Shown here: positions 1-11,928 of the stretch, one piece after another
Numbering within the stretch: the stretch's first letter is position 1
Layout: the number at the start of each line of letters is the position of its first letter
Assembly (NCBI GenBank): GCA_009392915.1
Contig: CP045477.1
Location: 736,001 to 800,000, forward strand
Reading direction: 5' to 3'
DNA from: Candidatus Forterrea multitransposorum CG_2015-17_Forterrea_25_41
GTDB taxonomy: Archaea > Iainarchaeota > Iainarchaeia > Iainarchaeales > CSSED10-239
Length of the DNA: 64,000 bases
Made by a program: the position numbers and the translations under genes
Notes under the pieces: generated by a model
Told to the model about the DNA's origin: nothing
Database searches by the model: none
Seen by the model: only the letters and a program-made list of their open reading frames with translations

Positions 1-1054
1 AAATAATTGGAGAACCTGTTTTTTTAAAAGGACTTTTTGAAGATAAGTCTTCAGGTAAAAAAACTCTAGTTGAACCTTTCCTTGTAACTAAATACTCTTT
101 ATCATTATGTTTTTCTAAACTTGCAAGATTATGTGAAAGATCATACAAAAGATCAAATTTTATTTTTTTATTAAAAAAATTATTAAACTTTAAATTTACA
201 AAATAAGTTAAAACAGCACGATTTACAAAAGCAAAATTTGCAGCTGCAAGCATTGCTTTATAATAGGAAGATCCTTCTTTTGAATCTAGAGTTGCATGAG
301 ATAAAGGATTTTTAAATTTAAATTTTTTAAAATAATCAGATGCTATTTGATGTCCAAGACCTCTAGAACCAGAATGAATCATAATTACAAGTTGACCTTT
401 CTTTAGACTAAATTGTTCACCTATAATTTTATTAAAAACTTTATCTACAACTAAAATATCAATAAAATGATTTCCTTGACCTAAAGTGCCTAATTGAGAT
501 TTACCTCTTTTAAGAGCATCTTTAGAAATAAAAGAAGGGCTTGCATCTTTAAAAAAACCATTATTATAAATATAATTAAGATCTTTTTTTAAACAATATT
601 TCTTGGACACAGCCCAATTAATACCTTCAGTTAATATTTGTTTATAATCTTTTTCAGTTATTTTCAAACCATTATTTGAAAGGCCTAATGGTAATTTCTT
701 TAAAGAAGAGGCTAAATCTTTTAATTGTTCTTTAGTAAAATCTTTTAAAAAAAGATTTGTTTTTACAACTCTTATTCCACAATTAATATCATAACCAACA
801 GCTTCAGAACTAATAATTGCATTTTCTTTTAAAGAAGCAAAAACAGTTCCTATAGGGACACCAAAACCTGGATGGATATCTGGCATAGCTAAGATAGGAG
901 AAGATACTTGTGAAATATTAGATATTGAAAATAATTGCTCAAAAGCATCTTTAGATATTTTTTTAAATAAAACTTTATTTATAGGTATTTTTATTTCTTT
1001 ATTATTCTTTGTAGTTATAAAAAAACCTTTTTTAAAAATAAAAGAAGAATGCAT
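1..1054 (-). CDS. rtcB: tRNA-splicing ligase RtcB (N-terminal part; C-terminus lies outside the window start)
   Basis: Manual reverse translation from the ATG at 1052-1054 gives MHSSFIFKKGFF...IMIHSGSRGLGHQIASDYF. The metal-binding HSGSRGLGHQ block is RtcB-like. The ORF runs off the window edge and an alternative start exists at 1069. Confidence 0.75.
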   Translation of the reverse strand, partial: MHSSFIFKKGFFITTKNNKEIKIPINKVLFKKISKDAFEQLFSISNISQVSSPILAMPDIHPGFGVPIGTVFASLKENAIISSEAVGYDINCGIRVVKTNLFLKDFTKEQLKDLASSLKKLPLGLSNNGLKITEKDYKQILTEGINWAVSKKYCLKKDLNYIYNNGFFKDASPSFISKDALKRGKSQLGTLGQGNHFIDILVVDKVFNKIIGEQFSLKKGQLVIMIHSGSRGLGHQIASDYFKKFKFKNPLSHATLDSKEGSSYYKAMLAAANFAFVNRAVLTYFVNLKFNNFFNKKIKFDLLYDLSHNLASLEKHNDKEYLVTRKGSTRVFLPEDLSSKSPFKKTGSPII

Positions 1055-1086
1055 AATAAATATATGCATAATATAATTTATATAAC

Positions 1087-2109
1087 TTAACTTTTTATGT
1101 TTTTTAAAAGATTAGAAATTGATTTATAAGTAAAAATATTAAAAATTACTTTTGCAAAATAATCAGAAACATCAACTTGTTTAAACCAAGGAGTGTTTTC
1201 TAAAAATTCTTGTGTATGATAAACAGCATTTGTTGCAATCAAATATTCTAAAATTCCATCCTTATATAGAGAATCAAATCTTTCCTTTGAAGGAGGATTT
1301 AAAAAAGGAAGTGAACATGCAAAATAAATTTTATTTGCACCTTTTTCTTTCAATAACTTTGCAGCATTAAATAAAGTTCCACCAGTATCTATCATATCAT
1401 CAACTAAAAGAACATCTTTATTTTTAACATCTCCAATAACATACATTTTGTCAATAGCATCTATTTTTTTATAGTTTCTTTCTTTATAGATTGAAACTAA
1501 GTTAATCTTTAGTTCAGAAGCATAATTTTCTGCTCTCTTAAGTCCACCAATATCTGGTGAGGATACTACTAAATTTTCTAGAGGTAAATTTTGTTTAACA
1601 TATTTATTTAAATCTCTAAAACCTTTTAAATTTTCAAAAACAGTTTTATTAAAAAAACCTGCAATTGCAAGATTATGAATATCTAAAGTAATAACTGTAT
1701 TAACTCCAAGCATTTCAAGTTCTTGAGCAAACATTCTTGCAGTAATACCTTCTCTAGAGAAATGTTTATCTTGTCTTGCAAAAGGGAAAGTTGGTAGAAT
1801 TACTGTAATTTTAAAAGCATCAGAAATTCTTGCAGAATTAATTAATGTTTTAAGTGCTAAAACATTATCGCTTACAGAATAACCATTAGATTTATTTGAA
1901 ACATCTTGAACAATAAAAACATGAGAACCTCTTATTGATTCTAATATATTTGATTTAATTTCTGTATTTCTAAACTGCACTTCATCTGTTTTTGTCAAAG
2001 AGATTTCAGAATAATTTGCATCTTTTAAAAAACGATTTAAATGAGGAAGTATTTTTTCTGCAAAATAAAATCCATTTTTACAAGCCATTAAACATATTTT
2101 AGAAACCAT
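1087..2109 (-). CDS. prs: ribose-phosphate pyrophosphokinase (PRPP synthetase)
   Basis: 340 aa with the PRPP-binding motif VLLVDDMIDTGGTL and a VSSPDIGGLKRA block, typical of the Prs family. Confidence 0.85.
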   Translation of the reverse strand: MVSKICLMACKNGFYFAEKILPHLNRFLKDANYSEISLTKTDEVQFRNTEIKSNILESIRGSHVFIVQDVSNKSNGYSVSDNVLALKTLINSARISDAFKITVILPTFPFARQDKHFSREGITARMFAQELEMLGVNTVITLDIHNLAIAGFFNKTVFENLKGFRDLNKYVKQNLPLENLVVSSPDIGGLKRAENYASELKINLVSIYKERNYKKIDAIDKMYVIGDVKNKDVLLVDDMIDTGGTLFNAAKLLKEKGANKIYFACSLPFLNPPSKERFDSLYKDGILEYLIATNAVYHTQEFLENTPWFKQVDVSDYFAKVIFNIFTYKSISNLLKNIKS

Positions 2110-2171
2110 AAATAATCATTTTTTATAGAATATATAAAACTTGAATCAAAAAACATATAAAGTGATTCTAA

Positions 2172-3311
2172 CTAATATTCTATAAAATCAGAATTTTTCT
2201 TTTCAATTTCTTTTTTAATAGCTTCTTTTTCAAGAGAATTAATCTCTTTTAATTTCTTTTTTAAAGAAGAATCTAACTTTTGAGGTACAAAAGCATGAAC
2301 TTTTACATATAAATCTCCAGAAGATGAACCTCTATTAAAAATAGAAGCTCCACTTCCTTTAATCTTAAAAGTTGTATTATCTTCTGTTCCTGAAGGAATT
2401 TTAAGTTTAATCTTATCTTTAAATTTATTAATTTTAATAGTTGTTCCTAAAACTAAATCTGAAAAAGTAACTGGAATTTCACAATAAATATCAGAACCTT
2501 TCCTCTTAAAGAAAGAATGTGATTTAACAGATATATTTAAGAAAAGATCTCCTTTTACTCCTTGATGATTATGTCCTTGACCTCTTAATTTCATTACATC
2601 GCCTGTATTTATTCCAGAAGGAATTTCAACAGTCAGTGTTTTTTTATCTCTTATATATCCTTTTCCAGAACATTTAGAACAAGGATCTTTTATAATATAA
2701 CCTTCCCCTTTACAATTAGAACAAACATTTTCAACAGAAAACATTCCAAAAGGAGTTCTTTTTGTAGTAACTGTTCTTCCTCTACCATTACAGGTAGGGC
2801 ACACATCTTTTTGCATACTTTTAGAACCAGTTCCTGCACAAAAATTACATTCTTCATCTTTATAAAATTCAATTTTTTCTTTTCCACCTAAAATTGCCTT
2901 TTCAAAATCAATTTCAAGATTATAAACTAGATTTAAACTTTCTTGACGATGAGATCTACCACCTCTTCTTTGAGAAAATTGAGAAAAGAAACCTCCGTCA
3001 TCATCATCCATAAAAGAACTAAAAATATCTGAAAAATCAAAACCTGAAAAACCAGAAAATCCTTGTCCAGCATTTCCAGCATACCCTTTTGAAAATGCAT
3101 CATGACCATAAGAATCATATTGTTTTCTTTTATCAGTATCAGATAAAACAGAATAAGCATTACTAATCTCCTTAAACTTTTCTGGGTCAGCAGAAGCGCC
3201 TGCAAGATCAGGGTGATGTTTTTTTGCAAGTGTTTTATATGCTTTTTTTATTTCTTCTAAAGAAGCATCTTTTGAAACCCCTAAAATTGAATAGTAATCT
3301 TTATCTGACAT
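2172..3311 (-). CDS. dnaJ: chaperone DnaJ (Hsp40)
   Basis: N-terminal J domain (DYYSILGV...KKHHPD), a Gly/Phe-rich linker and four CxxCxGxG zinc-finger repeats. It lies directly downstream of dnaK. Confidence 0.95.
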   Translation of the reverse strand: MSDKDYYSILGVSKDASLEEIKKAYKTLAKKHHPDLAGASADPEKFKEISNAYSVLSDTDKRKQYDSYGHDAFSKGYAGNAGQGFSGFSGFDFSDIFSSFMDDDDGGFFSQFSQRRGGRSHRQESLNLVYNLEIDFEKAILGGKEKIEFYKDEECNFCAGTGSKSMQKDVCPTCNGRGRTVTTKRTPFGMFSVENVCSNCKGEGYIIKDPCSKCSGKGYIRDKKTLTVEIPSGINTGDVMKLRGQGHNHQGVKGDLFLNISVKSHSFFKRKGSDIYCEIPVTFSDLVLGTTIKINKFKDKIKLKIPSGTEDNTTFKIKGSGASIFNRGSSSGDLYVKVHAFVPQKLDSSLKKKLKEINSLEKEAIKKEIEKKNSDFIEY

Positions 3312-3360
3312 AATATATCACAATTAGTTTTTTAAAATTAAAAAAAAAGAAAAGAAATAA

Positions 3361-5238
<1,878 letters not shown>

Positions 5239-5826
5239 TTATTCCTCCGTAAATTGACCAATTATTACTTTTCCTGGTTTTATTAATTTTTCTTTAAAAG
5301 TATATCCGTTTTCTAAAACTTCAATTACTTTATTATTTTTATTTTTATCATTAACTTTTAAAGTTTGAATACATTCTGATAAATTATAATCAAAATCTTT
5401 TCCTTGCAAATCTATTTTTTTAATATTTAATCTAGATAAGATATTATCAAAATTATTGTTTAGTTCTTCCAAGTTTTTTTTTGAAGATTCATTTTGTTCA
5501 TGAGATATCGCTTTTTGTAAAGTTTCTTTAAAAGATAAAAATTCTAAAATTATTTTTGAATTTTCTTGAAAAGAAATATTTTCTTGTTCTCTGATAATTC
5601 TTTTTTTATAGTTTGAAAAATCTGCAACAGATAATTTAAGTTGATTTTCTAGATAGTTAATTCTTTCTTGACAATCATCTTTATCTTCAGATAAATCTTT
5701 ATCTGTCTCTTGAGAAGTTTCTAAATTATCATTAGTAAATTCTTCTTTATCTTCAGTTGAAACTGAATTAAAAGAATCATTGTCAAAATTCTCTGTGTTG
5801 TCATCGTTCATAAAAATATCCTCCAA
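5239..5826 (-). CDS. grpE: nucleotide exchange factor GrpE
   Basis: 195 aa with an acidic N-terminus and a coiled coil, followed by a beta domain. Its position immediately upstream of dnaK-dnaJ matches the classic grpE-dnaK-dnaJ order. Confidence 0.8.
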   Translation of the reverse strand: MEDIFMNDDNTENFDNDSFNSVSTEDKEEFTNDNLETSQETDKDLSEDKDDCQERINYLENQLKLSVADFSNYKKRIIREQENISFQENSKIILEFLSFKETLQKAISHEQNESSKKNLEELNNNFDNILSRLNIKKIDLQGKDFDYNLSECIQTLKVNDKNKNNKVIEVLENGYTFKEKLIKPGKVIIGQFTEE

Positions 5827-5905
5827 ATATTTAAAAAAATCACATAGGAAAAGTAGTTATAATTTATTAAATAACATATGTCACGAAATCTTTAAATTTT
5901 TTGTG

Positions 5906-6304
5906 TCACAAGTTTTTTAAAAGTTTGCTTTTTTCTCTTAAAATCACCTTAATTTCTATATTTTCTCCTTTAGAATTGTAAGCTTTAAAAGAAAATAAAT
6001 CATAAGGATGATATACAATAATATTTATATCTTTTGATTGAAAGAAAGAAAGATCTGCTCTAGAAGGATATCCGTTTCCTGATGGGTGTGAATGAACAGA
6101 ACCATTTATTGACATAGAAAGAGGTACAAAATCAAGTCTAATTACTGCAGAATTTTCATTACTATATGTTTGGGGTATAATATATATATCTTCAATAATA
6201 TTATTTTTTGTATAAAGCATTCCAGAAAATTCTCTTGGATAAAAAGATTTTGAAAATTCCATTATACTTTCAAGGACATCTTTATAAATATACCATTCTA
6301 CCAT
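5906..6304 (-). CDS. JAMM/MPN+ family metalloprotease
   Basis: 132 aa with an upstream Glu (REFSGML) and the HSHPSGNGYPSRAD block, matching the JAMM motif E...HxHx7Sx2D. Confidence 0.7.
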   Translation of the reverse strand: MVEWYIYKDVLESIMEFSKSFYPREFSGMLYTKNNIIEDIYIIPQTYSNENSAVIRLDFVPLSMSINGSVHSHPSGNGYPSRADLSFFQSKDINIIVYHPYDLFSFKAYNSKGENIEIKVILREKSKLLKNL

Positions 6305-6356
6305 ATTATATATATAGACCTAAATGTATATAACTATAATTAAAAGATAGAAAAAT

Positions 6357-7103
6357 ATGAAAAGAAAAATATTAATTACTGGTGGTTCTAGCGGGATTGG
6401 TAAAGAATATGCATATCAATTTGCTAAATTAAAAAAAGATTTAATCTTAGTTGCAAGAAACGAAATTGAACTTAAAAAAATTAAAAAAGATTTAGAGAAT
6501 AAATATAAAATTAAATGTGAATATTTAATATTTGATCTTTCAAAGTTAGATAAAATAAATCAACTTTGCAAGATTATTGAAAAAGAAAATATTGAAATAT
6601 TAATTAATAATGCAGGTTTTGGAAACAGAATTCCTTTTTCAAAAACAAATTATTCTATTACACAAAACATGATTAATGTTCATATCACTGCAACAACATT
6701 ACTTACAAGAGCTGTTTTAGATCAAATGATAAAAAGAAACTCAGGAAAAATTATAAATGTAGCATCTCTTGCAGGATATTTGTTTACTTCTAAAAGTAAC
6801 ATCATATACAATTCAACTAAAAGATACATAATACATTTTTCCAAAAACTTACAAGATGAAATTAAAAAACAAAACAAAAATATTAAAATTCAAGCACTTT
6901 GTCCTGGGTTTACAAAAACTAATTTTGATAAACATGCAATCTTTAAAACAATGCTTCCAAGATTACCTTCTTTTATGTACATGGAAGCAAAAGACGTGGT
7001 TTTAAAATCTATAAAAACATTAGAGAATAGAAGAGTAGTATATATTCCTAGTTTTAAAAATAAAATATTATATTTTTTATTAAGACTTAATTTTTATAGA
7101 TAA
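6357..7103 (+). CDS. short-chain dehydrogenase/reductase (SDR) family oxidoreductase
   Basis: TGGSSGIGKEYA Rossmann motif, NNAG, and the catalytic YxxxK (YNSTK). Confidence 0.85.
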   Translation: MKRKILITGGSSGIGKEYAYQFAKLKKDLILVARNEIELKKIKKDLENKYKIKCEYLIFDLSKLDKINQLCKIIEKENIEILINNAGFGNRIPFSKTNYSITQNMINVHITATTLLTRAVLDQMIKRNSGKIINVASLAGYLFTSKSNIIYNSTKRYIIHFSKNLQDEIKKQNKNIKIQALCPGFTKTNFDKHAIFKTMLPRLPSFMYMEAKDVVLKSIKTLENRRVVYIPSFKNKILYFLLRLNFYR

Positions 7104-8281
7104 AACAAGAGAGTTGGGAGCATTATATATCCCATTAAATACACTCTTGATTTATTAAAAACTAAAGGCACAAAACCTATTAAAAAACTTAAAAAGAAAA
7201 CTATAAGAGTCTTAAAGTCAGATAAAAAAATTATAAAAATAAAACTAATTATTAAAACAATAATATTTAATTTATTTAAATTTTTTGAATTAAAAAATAA
7301 AATAATATCTTTAACTATTGACAAAAGAATAAAAATAGTTAAACTAACTGTTAAAAGAATTGCAGAAATAAACAAAACTAAATCTGATTTTAAAAGAACT
7401 AATTTTTCAGAAAGTAAAATTGCAAAATAACCAAGTCTTGGTTTATTAAAAAACATTGCAAGAAAATAAGAAAAAATTAAAGCACTAATTGAAATACTTG
7501 AAAAAATAATTAAATAATTATAAGTAGATATTTTTTCTTTAAATCTGGAAAAAATTACAGCACCTAGAGAAGATGAAAAAGAAGGCACAAGTATTACAAA
7601 TAAAGATGCTAAAGAACCAAAAAAAGAATAAAAATAAGAATTTTCTAAAGAAGGCAAGAAAGAATGATTTGTTTTTTGATAAATATTATTGTGTTTTTTT
7701 TCAAAAATAGATTTTAAAAGTAAAGGAAACGTGAAAAGACCCATTACACAAATAAATAATGGTTCTTTTACAAAATAATTATATTTTAAAGTAAATAAAC
7801 CTAAAAGACCAGATGAAAAGATAATAAAAAAAATTATTAATTTATCTTTAATTGATTTATAGGAAAAAATAAAACTTATTATTGTAAAAATTATTGCAAA
7901 AGAAATTAAAAAATTAAAACCAATAAAAAAAGTAAATAATAAAAACAATAAAGGTAAAAGTAAAATAGAAAATAAACTACCAAAAAAAGAACCTATAAAA
8001 CAAAGAAAAATACCATCGTATGCTTGTTGTTTTAAAAATAACCTATGAAGAGGAAATAAAGACATTATGTTTTCTGTGTTTGGAACAGAAAAGAATGTTT
8101 GAGGAATATAATTTGTAATTAATTGAGATATTGAAAGAGATAAAAAGAAAAATAAATAATTTGGAAAAATTAAAAAAATACTAAAAGAAATAAAAAGATA
8201 AGAAACAAAATTAATATGTAAAGAAGGAATTAAACCTAAAAGAACACCAGTTAAAACCCCTAATATAACCTCTATAATCAT
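7094..8281 (-). CDS. polytopic integral membrane protein, unknown function (last gene of the pilus-locus operon)
   Basis: 395 aa, hydrophobic throughout with many predicted TM helices. It shares strand and tight spacing with the upstream pilus genes. Confidence 0.45.
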   Translation of the reverse strand: MIIEVILGVLTGVLLGLIPSLHINFVSYLFISFSIFLIFPNYLFFFLSLSISQLITNYIPQTFFSVPNTENIMSLFPLHRLFLKQQAYDGIFLCFIGSFFGSLFSILLLPLLFLLFTFFIGFNFLISFAIIFTIISFIFSYKSIKDKLIIFFIIFSSGLLGLFTLKYNYFVKEPLFICVMGLFTFPLLLKSIFEKKHNNIYQKTNHSFLPSLENSYFYSFFGSLASLFVILVPSFSSSLGAVIFSRFKEKISTYNYLIIFSSISISALIFSYFLAMFFNKPRLGYFAILLSEKLVLLKSDLVLFISAILLTVSLTIFILLSIVKDIILFFNSKNLNKLNIIVLIISFIFIIFLSDFKTLIVFFLSFLIGFVPLVFNKSRVYLMGYIMLPTLLFYL

Positions 8282-8647
8282 TTAATCCTCAAATTTATAT
8301 AATATTATTTCTGGTTTGTTTTGATAAAGTGTATATTTACCAGTTATTTTTATTTCTTTTTTAAAAGAAAATGCATTTTGTAGTAAATCAACATTAGTTT
8401 TTGATGGATTAAAATAAACCACATCTATGCATGAAGAAAGATTACATATTTTAAAAAACAAATTATTGTTTTCAAGAGAAAAATCTTTTAAATTTCCTGA
8501 AACTAACACTACTTGTTCCAAAAGAGAAGAATCTGGTGATAAGAGGTCTAAAATAGGTGCTTTAAAAAAAAGAGTGCAAAAAAGAAAAATTAAAAGTGAG
8601 ATTATAATTGTTAAAATTAAAAATAAATTTAATTTTTTTTCATCCAT
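8282..8647 (-). CDS. single-pass membrane protein, unknown function
   Basis: 121 aa with an N-terminal TM segment (LNLFLILTIIISLLIFLFCTLFF). Start abuts the stop of the downstream gene. Confidence 0.35.
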   Translation of the reverse strand: MDEKKLNLFLILTIIISLLIFLFCTLFFKAPILDLLSPDSSLLEQVVLVSGNLKDFSLENNNLFFKICNLSSCIDVVYFNPSKTNVDLLQNAFSFKKEIKITGKYTLYQNKPEIILYKFED

Positions 8648-8651
8648 ACTT

Positions 8652-9143
8652 TTATTTAATAATTTTTTTTATTTTTACAGGTTTTTTATTTACAAAAAAT
8701 TTAGATAATTCAATTAAAATTACAGTGCCTTCTTTTAAAGGTTTTGAATATTTTAAAGAAAATTCTTTATTTAAATTAAAGAAAGGATCTTTAATTTTAA
8801 AATAAACTTCTTTAGAAGTGCTTTTTGTAACAACTCCATAAGTTATGTTAAATAATACTTTAAATAAATATAAATAAAGTACAACAAGACACATAAAGAC
8901 TAATAAAAAATAAATATGTGTGATATATTGAGAAATAATAAACATCCCTAAAATAGATGTAAACCCAATACCTACATAATTATATTTTGCTTTAATTAAC
9001 TTATAATTACCAATTTCTTTAATGTAGAATAAAAAAGTTAAAAGCATTAATAGTATTTTTAAAAATAAATTACCAGGAACAATTAAATTCACAATAATTG
9101 AAAATAAAAAAATAATCTCTAAATAAATAATATGCTTATCCAT
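8652..9143 (-). CDS. integral membrane protein, unknown function
   Basis: 163 aa with several hydrophobic helices. It sits within the pilus gene cluster. Confidence 0.4.
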   Translation of the reverse strand: MDKHIIYLEIIFLFSIIVNLIVPGNLFLKILLMLLTFLFYIKEIGNYKLIKAKYNYVGIGFTSILGMFIISQYITHIYFLLVFMCLVVLYLYLFKVLFNITYGVVTKSTSKEVYFKIKDPFFNLNKEFSLKYSKPLKEGTVILIELSKFFVNKKPVKIKKIIK

Positions 9144-9159
9144 AATTTAATTTCACCTA

Positions 9160-9522
9160 TTAAATACATTCTAAACTAATACTAATATTATCAAACTTTG
9201 TTCTATCTAACAAACCATTAGTTAGTGTTGTGTAATTATAATCATCAGGAACTATTGGACAATTAGTTTCAAGTCCTTTATTTAAATAAACAATCATATC
9301 TAAGTTATCATTATCAAATACATAATTAATAGTGTTAATTGAATAAGAATGATTATATCCAGCGATATATTTTAATGTTAAATTTTTTGTTTTATGCATA
9401 GCAATATTAATATCAAAAGTTGATGTTAAAGTTGCAACTACAGTTATAGCTATAACCATTACAATTAAAAGAATAATTAAAAACTCTAAACTAGTTTGAG
9501 CTTTTTTATCTTGAAGCAACAT
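9160..9522 (-). CDS. class III signal peptide (type IV pilin-like) protein
   Basis: N-terminus MLLQDKKAQTSLEFLIILLIVMVIAITVV has a charged region, then A/Q-T-S-LEF, then a hydrophobic helix. This resembles archaeal prepilin signals. Confidence 0.55.
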   Translation of the reverse strand: MLLQDKKAQTSLEFLIILLIVMVIAITVVATLTSTFDINIAMHKTKNLTLKYIAGYNHSYSINTINYVFDNDNLDMIVYLNKGLETNCPIVPDDYNYTTLTNGLLDRTKFDNISISLECI

Positions 9523-9982
9523 CTATATCTCCAGCAATAGTTTTTTCAACAACTAAATAATTATTAAACCCTGGTCCAACTTCATCACAAGTAAAATCTA
9601 CATCTCCAATAGATACTAATTTTTCAAAAGTACAGATGTTTGTAGTAGAATCACATGCAGAGATATTAGGTTTAGGATTTTGAGAAGAAATTGATATTTG
9701 GTATTCAATAATGTTTGTTGCAGAATCACAGTTTATAATTTTTGCATTATCAGGAAGATAAAAATAAACTAATCTTTTACCATATCCAGGAGAACTTGCA
9801 AAAGATGCTAAATCATCTCCAAGTTTATCAATAGATTGTTTTGTTTGAGTAATATTATAAATATCACCTACAATATTTTCTGAAAAAACAATATTTGGAT
9901 ATATGATTGCTTGAAAAAATAATAATAAAATAGATATTAAAATAATGTATTCAATTGCAATTTGTCCTTTTATATTTTTCAT
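9506..9982 (-). CDS. class III signal peptide (type IV pilin-like) protein
   Basis: N-terminus MKNIKGQIAIEYIILISILLLFF carries the KGQ/IEY prepilin-peptidase cleavage-site pattern. Four Cys lie in the C-terminal domain. Confidence 0.6.
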   Translation of the reverse strand: MKNIKGQIAIEYIILISILLLFFQAIIYPNIVFSENIVGDIYNITQTKQSIDKLGDDLASFASSPGYGKRLVYFYLPDNAKIINCDSATNIIEYQISISSQNPKPNISACDSTTNICTFEKLVSIGDVDFTCDEVGPGFNNYLVVEKTIAGDIDVASR

Positions 9983-10013
9983 TTAAAATTCCTTCCTTTT
10001 ATATTATTTAAGC

Positions 10014-11135
10014 TTAAAAAATAAACCAAATAAAATCTCCAAAAATATTTAATAAAATATACGCTATTAACACAGAAGGGGTAAATGGAATTGTTTTTTT
10101 TAAAACTATCTCCTTCTCTAAATTATGTTTATATGAACTCTTTAAAAAGGTTATGTCTTCAGGTAAAAGACCCCCTATTTTCCTAGAATCTATGATTAGT
10201 TTATTTGATTTTTGTTTAGAGGTATATTCTTTTAAATAATCAATAAAGGATATTTTTTTTTCAATAACTTTTTTATTTGATAAATAATAATTATTTAAAA
10301 CAACATCTCCTTCTTTTAAATCATTTATTTTTTTACTAAAAGTTAATATCTTTGAAGAAATTATTTTATAAAAAGTTATACTTAAGAAAATAATAATAAT
10401 AGTTATAGTAATTATTAATAAATCATAGAAAACAAATATTCTTTTTGAATAAAACAAAGAATATCCAATTAATAATAAATAAAGCCCTAAAACTAAATAA
10501 TTATAGTGAAGAATATTTTGTTTTTCAATTTTTCTAAAAAACAAGATAAACATTATAGATAATAAAAAATAAATTAAAAAAGGGATATACATTTCAAAAA
10601 TATTAAAAAAAGAAGAAATTAAGAAAAGTATTAAAATAGAACTTACTAAAGAAAATAATGTGTTTTTTGTTTTTAATAAATTTATAAGTATTCTATAGTG
10701 TCTTTTAAATATAAATAAATAAATAGAACTAATTAAGAGAATAGGTGCTGTAGAAAGAATAGCAGTTAGTATTAAAGTCAAAGAAAATACAGGGATTGTT
10801 ATTATTTTAAAAGAAAATAAAAAGCCTAAAAAATTAATATTAAAAGGATTTAAGAAAGAAATTGCAGAAAACAACTTTAAATCACCACCTGCAAAGAAAC
10901 CAAACTCCCAAAGAACATACCCTACAATAAAGGTTATACCAAAAGATAAAAAAGCATTAAGAAGAATAGATATTTTTGAGAAATAAATTGTTTCTATTAT
11001 TTTAAAAATAACTCCAATAATTAATAAATATAATACTAAAAAATTTGGAACAATTCTTTTTTTAATATCATAATAACTTGCAAATAATAAAAATATCAAA
11101 GTTATTGAAAATGCAAAAAAAGGAAAGTTAAACAT
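10014..11135 (-). CDS. archaeal prepilin/preflagellin peptidase (A24 family, FlaK/PibD-like) with a C-terminal extension
   Basis: Polytopic membrane protein with D23 in SYYDIKKRIVPN and D85 in FFAGGDLKLF. These match the two catalytic Asp motifs and their spacing in FlaK/PibD-type peptidases. At 373 aa it is about 120 aa longer than usual. Confidence 0.7.
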   Translation of the reverse strand: MFNFPFFAFSITLIFLLFASYYDIKKRIVPNFLVLYLLIIGVIFKIIETIYFSKISILLNAFLSFGITFIVGYVLWEFGFFAGGDLKLFSAISFLNPFNINFLGFLFSFKIITIPVFSLTLILTAILSTAPILLISSIYLFIFKRHYRILINLLKTKNTLFSLVSSILILFLISSFFNIFEMYIPFLIYFLLSIMFILFFRKIEKQNILHYNYLVLGLYLLLIGYSLFYSKRIFVFYDLLIITITIIIIFLSITFYKIISSKILTFSKKINDLKEGDVVLNNYYLSNKKVIEKKISFIDYLKEYTSKQKSNKLIIDSRKIGGLLPEDITFLKSSYKHNLEKEIVLKKTIPFTPSVLIAYILLNIFGDFIWFIF

Positions 11136-11160
11136 ACATTATTTTCTCAACAAAAATTAT

Positions 11161-11349
11161 TTATAAAGAAGCTAAAATATTATCTCTATAAGTTAATATT
11201 TTAGATTTTGCAACAGTTATAAAACTATTTAAATTTAATATAACAATACCTGTTGTAATTACTAAAATCATACCAAAAACAATCATGATTAGATATTCAA
11301 TAGAGACTTGACCTCTTTGGTCATTTAAAAGTAAATTTAATCTATTCAT
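11161..11349 (-). CDS. small type IV pilin-like protein (class III signal peptide)
   Basis: 62 aa with N-terminus MNRLNLLLNDQRGQVSIEYLIMIVFGMILVI. Confidence 0.55.
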   Translation of the reverse strand: MNRLNLLLNDQRGQVSIEYLIMIVFGMILVITTGIVILNLNSFITVAKSKILTYRDNILASL

Positions 11350-11372
11350 AATATATAATCACTAAATCTTAA

Positions 11373-11840
11373 TTACCTTGCAACACATGAAGATGCAGGA
11401 GTTGATGGTCTTGAATGAACATTATTTTTAACAGTTATAACTGATACTTCATACTCTGTTCCAACTGAATCTACAGATAAATCACTTGCAGGAACCTGTA
11501 AAATACTAGTGCCTTCTTGAACATATAACACATCTGTTCCTGATGGATAAGGATCATTATTATCTATTTTTATTCTATAACCTGTATTTGGAGCTGAAGA
11601 TACTAAATTAATAGTTACATTTCCACTTGCAACACAATCAACACTTGTAACAATTGGTGGAACTAAAGTATTATCTAAAATAGTTGTAATAGCTTCATCT
11701 TGCTGCAAAGCAGCTTCTCTATTAGAAGCATTCATATTAGTTATTAAAATAATCACAGAAATTGCAATAATTATAGTAGCACCAATCAAAAGCAAATATT
11801 CCATTGCTCCTTGTCCTTTTTGTTTTTTTAAAAATGTCAT
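11373..11840 (-). CDS. type IV pilin-like protein (class III signal peptide)
   Basis: N-terminus MTFLKKQKGQGAMEYLLLIGATIIIAISVI, then a Ser/Thr/Val-rich probable beta domain. Confidence 0.7.
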   Translation of the reverse strand: MTFLKKQKGQGAMEYLLLIGATIIIAISVIILITNMNASNREAALQQDEAITTILDNTLVPPIVTSVDCVASGNVTINLVSSAPNTGYRIKIDNNDPYPSGTDVLYVQEGTSILQVPASDLSVDSVGTEYEVSVITVKNNVHSRPSTPASSCVAR

Positions 11841-11879
11841 AAATTACCATCTTTCTTTTAAAAATAAAAAAATAAAATA

Positions 11880-11918
11880 AAGTTGATTTTTTTTAAAAAA
11901 AAAAATCAACCTATTTTT
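11880..11918 (-). terminator. AT-rich hairpin followed by a T-tract between two pilin genes (candidate partial terminator/attenuator)
   Basis: Inverted repeat GTTGATTTTTTTT / AAAAAAAATCAAC with a T-rich run on the transcribed (minus) strand. It sits between the stop of the 172-aa pilin gene and the start of the 155-aa pilin gene. Confidence 0.3.
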
Positions 11919-11928
11919 AATTAACTAC

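Noticed and set aside
2690-3229. Two ORFs (65 and 98 aa) inside and antisense/out of frame to dnaJ. A similar one (3968..4189) lies inside dnaK.
   Set aside because: They are embedded in well-supported chaperone genes and have low-complexity hydrophobic translations typical of AT-rich antisense reading frames.
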